From positions 239,508,001-239,572,000 of the forward strand of contig NC_086097.1 of NCBI RefSeq assembly GCF_963921235.1: a stretch of 64,000 nt of DNA, read 5' to 3'. Within the stretch, counting starts at the first letter, position 1; the number at the start of each line of letters is the position of its first letter. Source of the stretch: Mobula hypostoma. Lineage: Eukaryota. Below the pieces are notes generated by a model, which saw only the letters and a program-made list of their open reading frames with translations, ran no database searches and had not been told where the DNA came from. Positions 24,291-37,400 of this stretch are shown piece by piece. The translations under genes were made by a program, and so were the position numbers.

Positions 24291-24734
24291 AGTAAATGCC
24301 TGCAAGAAAATGAATCTCAAGGCAGGATAGGGTGACATTACTTTGAAATTTGACCTTTGAAATGAGTTCAGTGGCAGAACAGTGATATGGAGGGGAGAGA
24401 CATAAGATGCAAAGTATATCCAGCTCATTTGAATGGAGTCACTGACATTGTAGAAAAAGAAAAATGTTTCAATGATTTTAAAGATAAAAGTTAGGTTTTA
24501 TTTGTTACATGCACATTGAAACATACAGTGAAATATGTTGTTTATGTCAACAACCAGAACAGTCCGTAGGACGACTAGAAGGCTATTTAGCAAAATTCTC
24601 TGAGGTAGACGTTTTTAGAGTTTTAAAGTGAAATTCATTGAAAACATGTGCAGAAGCATTGAGGAAAACCAGAAACAAAATGTAGAACAGGACTGTGTAA
24701 AGAATTTAGAACTTATTACAAACATAAGATTGCA

Positions 24735-26240
24735 AAGAACATAGAATACTGTAGCACAGTAAAGGCCCTTCAGTCCACAATGTTGTGCTGACCTTTTAAC
24801 CTATTCTAAGATAAATCTAACTCTTCCTTCCTGCATTGTCCTCCATCTCCCAATCATCTATGTAACTTTAAAAGAGTTTCTTAAATATTCCTAATGCAAG
24901 TGCATCAATCATCACCCCTGGCCGGGGGTACCATACACTCAGCACTCTCTGTGTGGATAACATACCACTGACATCCCACCTACACTTTTCGCTAATCACC
25001 TTAAAATGATGTCCTCTTGTATTAGACATCTCTGCCCTGGGAAATAGCCTCTGGCTAGCCACTCATTCTGTGCCTCATATAATCTTGTACACCTCGATCA
25101 AATCCCTTCTCATCCTCCTTTGCTCCAAAGAGAAAAGTCCTTACTCACTCTACTTCTCTTCGTAAAGACATGCCTTCTAATCCAGGCAGCATCCTGATAA
25201 ATCTCTCTGCATCCTCTCTAAAACTTCTACATACATGTGTTGACTAGAATTGAACGCAATATTTAAAGTATGGTCTCAAATCCCATAAGACATAAGAGCA
25301 GAAATAGGCTATTCAGCCTGTTGAGTCTACTCCACCATTCCATCATGGCCGACTTATTATCCCTCTTAACCTCATTCTCCTGCCTTCTCCCCATATGCTT
25401 TGACACCCTTAATAATCAAGAACCTATCAACCTCCTTTAAGTATACTCAATGACTTGGCTTCTGCAGCCACCTGCGGCAATGAATTCCACATATTCACCA
25501 CCCTCCGGCTAAAGAAATTCCTCTTCATCTCTGTTCTAAAGGGACATCCTTGCATTCTAAGGCAGTGTTCTCTGCTCCTAGATTCCCCAACTAATGAAAA
25601 CATCTTCTCCATGTCCACTCTATCTAAGCCTTTCAATATGTGATAGGTTTCAGTGAGGTTCCGCCCTCCTATTCTTTTAACACTCAATATGGCAAATATT
25701 CTGCTTAGTACTGTGAAACAAGAAAACCCACATAAGATGTAAGGCTACTAACAATACAGTTAGAGTGCAAGGGAAATGAAAAATTTAGTAACAGGTAATG
25801 AGCTCTATCATGATATTTCTATTGTAGTAGGACCATAAGACCATAAGTCATAGGGAGCAGAATTAGACCATTTGACCTATCAGGTCTGCTCCAGAATTGC
25901 ATCATGGTTGATCCATTTCACTCTCAGCCTTAATCTCCTGCCTTCTTCCCATATCCCTTCATGCCCTGACTAATCAAAAATCAATCAATCTCGGTCTAAG
26001 ATATACCCAGTGACTTGGCTCCACAGCCTGGGGCAATGCATTCCAGAGATTCACCACTCACTGGCCAAAGAAATTCCTCCTGATCTCTGTCCTAAGTGGA
26101 CGTCCCTCTTTTCTGAGGCCGCGTCCTCTGGCCTTAGATTCCCTTACCATAGGAAACATCCTCTCCTCATCAACTCTAGTGAGGCCTTCCAAAATTCAAT
26201 AGGTTTCAATGAGGTCACCCTTCATTCTTCTGAATTCCAG
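24735..26240 (-). mobile_element. Cluster of three CR1 3' fragments
   Basis: LFPRAEMSNTRGH and NFFSRRVVNMWNSLP on the minus strand; CATAAGAC tails. Confidence 0.8.
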
Positions 26241-27377
26241 CGAGGGTGACACTGTTGGATGATATACATACAAAATTACAGAGTCGCTTATTATTGGATG
26301 CAGTGTTTCTTCTCAAGAGTGAGGTCTCAGTGGCCATACAACATGGGCTTCGCAAAAGAAGGGAGTACCTGTTCATTGTGCATCATGCAGGAGTCTGTGA
26401 TCCAATTAACAAGAGCTCTGAAATCCAAAAACTTGAGACTGGGGAAAACTTCAGAAGTAGAACTTTGTAGATGGTTATCTCAGAATTACTTCCCCAGCTT
26501 GGTGCTAAGAAGGATAGGAAAACATGCTAAGAAGATTAGAGAAATCATGACCTAGGAAGATTAGGAAAGCCACGTGTGAAGAAGATTAGGAAAATCAATG
26601 CATGGATAAACACGTTTTGTCAGTAGGGAAAAAAAATCACATTCTGGGCATTCGTATCCTATAAATAATTGATGCGGCCTATTTTTCAAATATGTCCTGC
26701 ACTTAAGTCGTAAAGTTTAGGCTGCTACTGTAACTATAAGGCTATACGGCTTGCATATCATAGCAAAATCATATGTAAAGCTTAGAATGAAAGCTCAGTT
26801 CCTCCAATGTGAAGCATGGTGCAGACAAAAAAGGGACAAATAATAAATAAACAAACAAACAAACAAATAAATAAATAAATTGTTGTTAATTGTCATTTTA
26901 GCTAGAGTTGTTACACCCCTGTGCTTTCTGGTTAATCTTGTCAAGTTTATTTTGTCTGACACGGGTTTTCAGCCTGCTGTGATTATTTAAAGTGGACTCC
27001 CAATTAGTGTTATCGCGGGGTCCTTGTGTGTGTGTGTTTCGAGAATGACTCGTCTCACAGTGTCCTTCAGTAAAGTCACGAAAGTTCATTTGTAGTGACA
27101 GTGAAGTTAGCCACGCTGGTTCAGGAGTCTGATGGCTGAAGGATAATAACTCTTCCTGAACCTGGTGGTGTGAAATGGTGACATTTAAACAGTACTCTGC
27201 TTTTGGTGTTATGCTTACAGAATTTTTCATGTTCTTGCCCATGCAGGCAGCATGTATGAATTCCCAAGAAGCTGCTTTGCATCTTCATCTCTACTCACTG
27301 TAAAATTAAAATTAGATTAAAGAAACTTCAATAATCAAGGTTAGAAACAGAATAAGGAAAGTGATTGGCGAGATTAG

Positions 27378-27900
27378 ACCATATGACATAGAAGCAGAAT
27401 TCAGGCCATATCGGCTTTCAAATCCACCATTCAATCATGGTTGATTTATTAACCCTCTCAACCCCATTCTCTTGCCTTCTTGCTGTAACCTTAGGTGCCC
27501 TTATTAATCAAGAACCTATCAACCTACCCTTTAAATATACCCAATTATTTGCCCTCCACAGCTATCTGTGGTAATGTTTCCCATAAATTCATCATCCTTG
27601 GACTAAATGAAATTCCTCACCATCTCTGATCTAAAGGGACATCCTCCTATTCTGAGGCTATGCCCTCTGGTTCTAACCTCTCCAAAACATCTTCACAACA
27701 TCCACTCTCTCCAGGCCTTTTAACATTCAATACATTTCAAAGAAATCCTTCCTTATTCTTCTAAACTCCAGTGAGTACAGGCCCAGAGCTATCAAATGTT
27801 CCTCATCCATTAACCCTCTCGTTCCTGAAATCATTCTCATGCACCTCCTCTGGACCCTCTCCAATATCAATACATTCTTTCTGAAGATAAGATGCCAAAA
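27378..27900 (-). mobile_element. CR1 3' fragment
   Basis: Homologous to the other CR1 3' ends in the window. Confidence 0.75.
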
Positions 27901-27924
27901 TTATATATTAAATTACATTAGATT

Positions 27925-28412
27925 CGAAAAGATTAGCTTTATTTGTCACATGTAGAACGAGACACAAAAACACAATAAATATAAATACGTAAGACAACTT
28001 ATACACGTAGATGTATTGTATGTCCATAAAGTGATGCTAGGCACAGGAGTGTCCGTACATAGGTGACTGACAGGAAATGATAACGTTAATGGGTTAGTGG
28101 ATGTAGGTGTGGATCAGCATCACTGCTTGGGGATGGTACCTGTCTTTGAGTCTGGTAGTCTTGCCGTGCATGCTATAAAGCCTGATGGGAGTGGGACAAA
28201 CAGTCCATGAGTAAGTTGGGTGAGATCCTTCATGACACAGCTGGCCCATTTCCGGCACGTTTCTGTACATATAATACGTCCCTAATGGTGGGTAGGCTGG
28301 TGCCGGTGATGGGTTGGGCAGTTTTGACTAACTGTTGTAGAGCCTTCTTGTCCTCAGCCATGCACTTTCCATACCATGCACTGTTGCGGCTTGCTAGGAT
28401 GCTGTCTGCTGC
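27925..28412 (-). mobile_element. Rex1/Babar LINE 3' part; upstream part lies beyond the satellite at 40623-40665
   Basis: Minus translation RYAADSILASRNSAWYG continues YFLRRLKRAGLCTS found on the other side of the array. Confidence 0.75.
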
Positions 28413-31400
28413 ATATCTGTATGTGTATAGATATCTTTATGTGTATAGATATCTTTATGTGTATAGATATCTGTATGTGTATAGATATCTTTATGTGTAT
28501 AGATATCTGTATGTGTATAGATATCTTTATGTGTATAGATATCTGTATGTGTATAGATATCTGTACGTGTATAGATATCTGTGTGTGTGTAGATATCTGT
28601 GTGTGTATAGATATCTGTACGTGTATAGATATCTGTGTGTGTGTAGATATCTGTATGTATATAGATATCTGTACGTGTATAGATATCTGTGTGTGTGTAG
28701 ATATCTGTGTGTGTGTAGATATCTGTGTGTGTATAGATATCTGTGTGTGTATAGATATCTGTGTGTGTAGATATCTGTGTGTGTGTAGATATCTGTGTGT
28801 GTATAGATATCTGTGTGTGAATAGATATCTGTGTGTGTAGATATCTGTGTGTGTATAGATATCTGTGTGTGTATAGATATCTGTGTGTGTATAGATATCA
28901 GTGTGTGCATAGATATCTGTGTGTGTATAGATATCTGTGTGTGTGTAGATATCTGTGTGTGTATAGGTATCTGTGTGTGTGTAGATACCTGTGTGTGTAT
29001 AGATATCTGTGTGTGTGTAGATATCGGTGTGTGTATAGATATCTGTGTGTGTGTAGATATCTGTGTGTGTGTAGATATCTGTGTGTGTATAGATATCTGT
29101 GTGTGTGTAGATATCTGTGTGTGTATAGATATCTGTACGTGTATAGATATCTGTGTGTGTGTAGATATCTGTATGTGTATAGATATCTGTATGTGTATAG
29201 ATATCTGTACGTGTATAGATATCTGTGTGTGTGTAGATATCTGTATGTGTCTAGATATCTGTACGTGTATAGATATCTGTGTGTGTATAGATATCAGTGT
29301 GTGTAGATATCTGTGTGTGTATAGGTATCTGTGTGTGTAGATATCTGTGTGTGTGTAGATATCTATGTGTGTATAGGTATCTGTGTGTGTGTAGATATCT
29401 GTGTGTGTATAGATATCTGTGTCTGTGTAGATATCTGTGTGTGTGTAGATATCTGTGTGTGTATAGGTATCTGTACGTGTATAGATATCTGTGTGTGTGT
29501 AGATATCTGTGTGTGTATAGATATCTGTACGTGTATAGATATCTGTGTGTGTGTAGATATCTGTATGTGTATAGATATCTGTACGTGTATAGATATCTGT
29601 GTGTGTGTAGATATCTGTATGTGTATAGATATCTGTAAGTGTATAGATATCTGTTTGTGTATAGATATCTGTGTGTGTAGATATCTGTGTGTGTATAGGT
29701 ATCTGTGTGTGTATATATATCTGTATGTGTATAGATATCTGTGTGTGTATAGGTATCTGTGTGTGTATAGATATCTGTGTGTGTATAGATATCTGTACGT
29801 GTATAGATATCTGTGTGTGTATAGATATCTGTGTGTGTATAGATATCTGTACGTGTATAGATATCTGTGTTTGTGTAGATATCTGTGTGTGTATAGATAT
29901 CTGTACGTGTATAGATATCTGTGTGTGTATAGATATCTGTGTGTGTATAGGTATCTGTGTGTGTATAGATATCTATGTGTGTATAGATATCTGTACGTGT
30001 ATAGATATCTGTGTGTGTATAGAAATCTGTACGTGTATAGATATCTGTACGTGTATAGATATCTGTGTGTGTATAGATATCTGTGTGTGTATAGATATCT
30101 GTACGTGTATAGATATCTGTGTGTGTATAGATATCTGTGTGTGTATAGATATCTGTGTGTGTGTAGATATCTGTGTGTGTATAGGTATCTGTGTGTGTGT
30201 AGGTATCTGTGTGTGTATAGATATCTGTATGTGTGTATAGATATCTGTGTGTGTATAGATATCTGTGTGTATAGATATCTGTATGTGTGTAGATATCTGT
30301 GTCTGTATAGATATCTGTATGTGTGTATAGATATCTGTGTGTGTATAGATATCTGTGTGTGTATAGTAGATATCTGTGTGTGTGTAGATATCTGTGTGTG
30401 TATAGATATCTGTGTGTGTATATATATCTGTATGTGTATAGATATCTGTGTGTGTATAGATATCTGAGTGTGTATAGGTATCTGTGTGTGTGTAGATATC
30501 TGTGTGTGTGTAGATATCTGTGTGTGTATAGATATCTGTACGTGTATAGATATCTGTGCGTGTATAGATATCTGTGTGTGTATAGATATCTGTGTGTGTA
30601 GATATCTGTGTCTGTATAGATATCTGTGTGTGTGTAGATATCTGTGTGTGTATAGATATTTGTGTGTGTATAGATATCTGTGTGTGTATAGGTATCTGTA
30701 CGTGTATAGATATCTGTGTGTGTATAGGTATCTGTGTGTGTATAGATATCTGTGTGTGTATAGATATCTGTGTGTGTAGATATCTGTGTGTGTATAGATA
30801 TCTGTGTGTGTATAGATATCTGTGTGTGTATAGGTATCTATACGTGTATAGATATCAGTGTGTGTTTAGATATCTGTGTGAGTATAGATATCTGTGTGTG
30901 TATAGATATCTGTGTGTGTAGATATCTGTGTGTGTGTATATATCTCTGTGTGTATAGATATCTGTGTGTGTATAGATATCTGTGTGTGTAGATATCTGTG
31001 TGTGTATAGATATCTGTGTGTGTATAGATATCTATATGTGTGTATAGATATCTGTATGTGTATAGATATCTGTGTGTGTATAGATACTTGTGTGTGTATA
31101 GATATCTGTGTGTGTGTGGATATCTGTGTGTGTATAGGTATCTGTGTGTAGATATCTGTGCGTGTCTAGATATCTGTGTGTGTGTAGATATCTGTGTGTG
31201 TATAGATATCTGTGTGTGTGTAGATATCTGTGTGTGTGTAGATATCTGTGTGTGTATAGGTATCTGTACGTGTTTAGATATCTGTGTGTGTGTAGATATC
31301 TGTGTGTGTATAGATATCTGTACGTGTATAGATATCTGTGTGTGTGTAGATATCTGTATGTGTATAGATATCTGTACGTGTATAGATATCTGTGTGTGTG

Positions 31401-34400
31401 TAGATATCTGTATGTGTATAGATATCTGTACGTGTATAGATATCTGTGTGTGTATAGATATCTGTGTGTGTAGATATCTGTGTGTGTATAGGTATCTGTG
31501 TGTGTGTAGATATCTGTGTGTGTATAGATATCTGTGTGTGTATAGGTATCTGTGTGTGTATAGGTATCTGTGTGTGTGTAGAAATCTCTGTGTGTATAGA
31601 TATCTGTGTGTGTGTAGATATCTGTGTGTGTATAGATATCTGTGTGTGTGTAGATATCTGTATGTGTATAGATATCTGTGTGTGTGAGATATCTGTGTGT
31701 GTATAGGTATCTGTGTGTATAGATATCTGTGTGTGTATAGATATCTGTGTGTGTGTGGATATCTGTGTGTGTATAGATATCTGTGTGTGTGTAGATATCT
31801 GTGTGTGTATAGATATCTGTGTGTGTATAGATATCTGTGTGTGTAGATATCTGTGTGTGTGTAGATATCTGTGTGTGTATAGATATCTGTGTGTGTGTAG
31901 ATATCTGTGTGTGTATAGATATCTGTGTGTGTATAGATATCTGTGTGTGTAGATATTTGTGTGGGTATAGATATCTGTGTGTGTGTAGATATCATGTGTG
32001 TGTGTAGATATCTGTGTGTCTATAGATATCTGTGTGTGTGTAGATATCTGTGTGTGTATAGATATCTGTGTGTGTGTAGATATCTGTGTGTGTGTAGATA
32101 TCTGTGTGTGTATAGATATCTGTGTGTGTAGATATCTGTGTGTGTATAGATATCTGTGTGTGTGTAGATATCTGTGTGTGTGTAGATATCTGTGTGTGTA
32201 TAGATATCTGTGTGTGTATAGATATCTGTGTGTGTGTAGATATCTGTGTGTGTATAGATATCTGTGTGTATAGGTATCTGTGTGTGTGTAGATATCTGTG
32301 CGTGTATAGATATCTGTGTGTGTGTAGATATCTGTGTGTGTATAGATATCTGTGTGTGTATAGATATCTGTGTGTGTGTAGATATCTGATTGTGTATAGA
32401 TATCTCTGTGTGTATAGATATCTGTGTGTGTATAGGTATCTGTGTGTATAGATATCTGTGTGTGTATAGATATCTGTGTGAGTGTAGATATCTGTGTGTG
32501 TATAGATATCTGTGTGTTTATAGATATCTGTGTGTGTGTAGATATCTGTGTGTGTGTAGATATCTGTGTGTGTATAGATATCTGTGTGTGCAGATATCTG
32601 TGTGTGTATAGATATCTGTGTGTGTATAGATATCTGTGTGTGTGTAGATATCTGTGTGTGTGTAGATATCTGTGTGTGTATAGGTATCTGTACGTGTATA
32701 GATATCTGTGTGTGTGTAGATATCTGTATGTGTGTAGATATCTGTGTGTGTATAGATATCTGTATGTGTGTATAGATATCTGTGTGTGTATAGATATCTG
32801 TGTGTGTATAGATATCTGTATGTGTGTAGATATCTGTGTGTTTATTGATATCTGTATGTGTGTTTAGATATCTGTGTGTGTATAGATATCTGTGTGTGTA
32901 TAGATATCTGTACGTGTATAGATATTTGTGTGTGTGTAGATATCTGTGTGTGTATAGATATCTGTGTGTGTATAGATATCTGTATGTGTATAGATATCTG
33001 TGTGTGTATAGATATCTGTGTGTGTATAGGTATCTGTGTGTGTATAGATATCTGTGTGTGTGTAGATATCTGTGTGTGTATAGATATCTGTGTGTGTATA
33101 GATATCTGTGTGTGTATAGATATCTGTGTGTGTATAGATATCTGAGTGTGTATAGGTATCTGTGTGTGTGTAGATATCTGTGTGTGTGTAGATATCTGTG
33201 TGTGTATAGATATCTGGTGTGTATAGATATCTGTGCGTGTATAGATATCTGTGTGTGTATAGATATCTGTGTGTGTATAGATATCTGTGTGTGTATAGAT
33301 ATCTGTGTGTGTGTAGATATCTGTGTGTGTATAGATATTTGTGTGTGTATAGATATCTGTGTGTGTATAGGTATCTGTACGTGTATAGGTATCTGTGTGT
33401 GTATAGGTATCTGTGTGTGTATAGATATCATGTGTGTGTATAGATATCTGTGTGTGTAGATATCTGTGTGTGTATAGATATCTGTGTGTGTATAGATATC
33501 TGTGTGTGTATAGGTATCTATACGTGTATAGATATCAGTGTGTGTGTAGATATCTGTGTGAGTATAGATATCTGTGTGTGTATAGATATCTGTGTGTGTA
33601 GATATCTGTGTGTGTGTATATATCTCTGTGTGTATAGATATCTGTGTGTGTATAGATATCTGTGTGTGTAGATATCTGTGTGTGTATAGATATCTATGTG
33701 TGTATAGATATCTGTGTGTGTATAGACATCTGTGTGTGTAGATATCTGTGTGTGTATAGATATCTGTGTGTGTATAGATATCTATGTGTGTATAGATATC
33801 TGTATGTGTATAGATATCTGTGTGTGTATAGATACTTGTGTGTGTATAGATATCTGTGTGTGTGTGGATATCTGTGTGTGTATAGGTATCTGTGTGTAGA
33901 TATCTGTGCGTGTCTAGATATCTGTGTGTGTGTAGATATCTGTGTGTGTATAGATATCTGTGTGTGTGTAGATATCTGTGTGTGTGTAGATATCTGTGTG
34001 TGTATAGGTATCTGTACGTGTTTAGATATCTGTGTGTGTGTAGATATCTGTGTGTGTATAGATATCTGTACGTGTATAGATATCTGTGTGTGTGTAGATA
34101 TCTGTATGTGTATAGATATCTGTACGTGTATAGATATCTGTGTGTGTGTAGATATCTGTATGTGTATAGATATCTGTACGTGTATTGATATCTGTGTGTG
34201 TATAGATATCTGTGTGTGTAGATATCTGTGTGTGTATAGGTATCTGTGTGTGTGTAGATATCTGTGTGTGTATAGATATCTGTGTGTGTATAGGTATCTG
34301 TGTGTGTATAGGTATCTGTGTGTGTGTAGAAATCTGTGTGTGTATAGATATCTGTGTGTGTGTAGATATCTGTGTGTGTATAGATATCTGTGTGTGTGTA

Positions 34401-37400
34401 GATATCTGTATGTGTATAGATATCTGTGTGTGCAGAGATATCTGTGTGTGTATAGGTATCTGTGTGTATAGATATCTGTATGTGTATAGATATCTGTGTG
34501 TGTGTGGATATCTGTGTGTGTATAGATATCTGTGTGTGTGTAGATATCTGTGTGTGTATAGATATCTGTGTGTGTATAGATATCTGTGTGTGTAGATATC
34601 TGTGTGTGTAGATATCTGTGTGTGTATAGATATCTGTGTGTGTGTAGATATCTGTGTGTGTATAGATATCTGTGTGTGTATAGATATCTGTGTGTGTAGA
34701 TATTTGTGTGGGTATAGATATCTGTGTGTGTGTAGATATCATGTGTGTGTGTAGATATCTGTGTGTCTATAGATATCTGTGTGTGTGTAGATATCTGTGT
34801 GTGTATAGATATCTGTGTGTGTGTAGATATCTGTGTGTGTGTAGATATCTGTGTGTGTATAGATATCTGTGTGTGTAGATATCTGTGTGTGTATAGATAT
34901 CTGTGTGTGTGTAGATATCTGTGTGTGTATAGATATCTGTGTGTGTAGATATCTGTGTGTGTATAGGTATCTGTGTGTGTGTAGATATCTGTGTGTGTAT
35001 AGATATCTGTGTGTATAGGTATCTGTGTGTGTGTAGATATCTGTGCGTGTATAGATATCTGTGTGTGTGTAGATATCTGTGTGTGTATAGATATCTGTGT
35101 GTGTATAGATATCTGTGTGTGTGTAGATATCTGTATGTGTATAGATATCTCTGTGTGTATAGATATCTGTGTGTGTATAGGTATCTGTGTGTATAGATAT
35201 CTGTGTGTGTATAGATATCTGTGTGAGTGTAGATATCTGTGTGTGTATAGATATCTGTGTGTTTATAGATATCTGTGTGTGTGTAGATATCTGTGTGTGT
35301 GTAGATATCTGTGTGTGTGTAGATATCTGTGTGTGTATAGATATCTGTGTGTGCAGATATCTGTGTGTGTATAGATATCTGTGTGTGTATAGATATCTGT
35401 GTGTGTGTAGATATCTGTGTGTGTGTAGATATCTGTGTGTGTATAGGTATCTGTACGTGTATAGATATCTGTGTGTGTGTAGATATCTGTATGTGTGTAG
35501 ATATCTGTGTGTGTATAGATATCTGTATGTGTGTATAGATATCTGTGTGTGTATAGATATCTGTGTGTGTATAGATATCTGTATGTGTGTAGATATCTGT
35601 GTGTTTATTGATATCTGTATGTGTGTTTAGATATCTGTGTGTGTATAGATATCTGTGTGTGTATAGATATCTGTACGTGTATAGATATTTGTGTGTGTGT
35701 AGATATCTGTGTGTGTATAGATATCTGTGTGTGTATAGATATCTGTATGTGTATAGATATCTGTGTGTGTATAGATATCTGTGTGTGTATAGGTATCTGT
35801 GTGTGTGTAGATATCTGTGTGTGTGTAGATATCTGTGTGTGTATAGATATCTGTGTGTGTATAGATATCTGTGTGTGTAGATATCTGTGTGTGTATAGAT
35901 ATCTGTGTGTGTGTGTAGATAGCTGTGTGTGTAGATATCTGTGTGTGTATAGATATCTGTGTGTGTGTGTAGATAGCTGTGTGTGTATAGATATTTGTGT
36001 GTGTATAGATATCTGTGTGTGTATAGGTATATGTACGTGTATAGATATCTGTGTGTGTATAGATATCTGTGTGTGTGTAGATATCTGTGTGTGTGTAGAT
36101 ATCTGTGTGTGTATAGGTATCTGTCTGTGTATAGATATCTGTGTGTGTGTAGATATCCGTGTGTGTATAGATATCTGTGTGTGTGTAGATATCATGTGTG
36201 TGTGTAGATATCTGTGTGTGTATAGATATCTGTGTGTGTGTAGATATCTGTGTGTGTATAGATATCTGTGTGTGTGTAGATATCTGTGTGTGTGTTGATA
36301 TCTGTGTGTATAGATATCTGTGTGTGTGTAGATATCTGTGTGTGTATAGATATCTGTGTGTGTTTAGATATCTGTGTGTGTGTAGATATCTGTGTGTGTG
36401 TAGATATCTGTGTGTGTGTAGATATCTGTGTGTGTATAGATATCTGTGTGTGTGTAGATATCTTTGTGTGTATTGGTATCTGTGTGTGTGTAGATATCTG
36501 TGTGTGTGTAGATATCTGTGTGTGTATAGATATCTGTGTGTGTGTAAATATCTGTGTGTGTATAGATATCTGTGTGTGTGTAGATATCTGTGTGTGTAGA
36601 TATCTGTGTGTGTAAAGGTATCTGTGTGTGTGTTGATATCTGTGTGTGTGTAGATATCTCTGTGTGTATAGATATCTGTGTGTGTGTAGATATCTGTGTG
36701 TGTATAGATATCTGTGTGTGTGTAGATACCTGTGTGTGTGTAGATATCTGTGTGTAGATATCTGTGTGTGTATAGATATCTGTGTGTGTATAGGTATCTG
36801 TGTGTGTGTAGATATCTGTGTGTGTGTAGATATCTGTGTGTGTATAGATATCTGTGTGTGTGTAGATATCTGTGTGTGTATAGATATCTGTGTGTGTGTA
36901 GATATCTGTGCGTGTATAGATATCTGTGTGTGTCGATATCTGTGTGTATATAGATATCTGTGTGTGTGTAGATATCTGTGTGTGTATAGATATCTGTGTG
37001 TGTGTAGATATCTGTGTGTGTGTAGATATCTGTGTGTGTATAGATATCTGTGTGTGTGTAGATATCTGTGTGTGTATAGATATCTGTGTGTGTGTAGATA
37101 TCTGTGTGTGTATAGGTATCTGTCTGTGTATAGATATCTGTGTGTGTGTAGATATCTGTGTGTGTATAGGTATCTGTCTGTGTATAGATATCTGTGTGTG
37201 TGTAGATATCTGTGTGTGTATAGATATCTGTGTGTGTGTAGATATCTGTGTGTGTATAGATATCTGTACGTGAGTAGATATCTGTGTGTGTGTAGATATT
37301 TGTGTGTGTATAGGTATCCGTGTGTGTGTAGATATCTGTGTGTGTGTAGATATCTGTGTGTGTGTAGAAATCTGTGTGTGTATAGATATCTGTGTGTGTG

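Noticed and set aside
26246..26555. Short ORFs in non-repeat DNA (also ~20259-20408 and 46890-47303)
   Set aside because: No recognisable homology and no consistent exon chain
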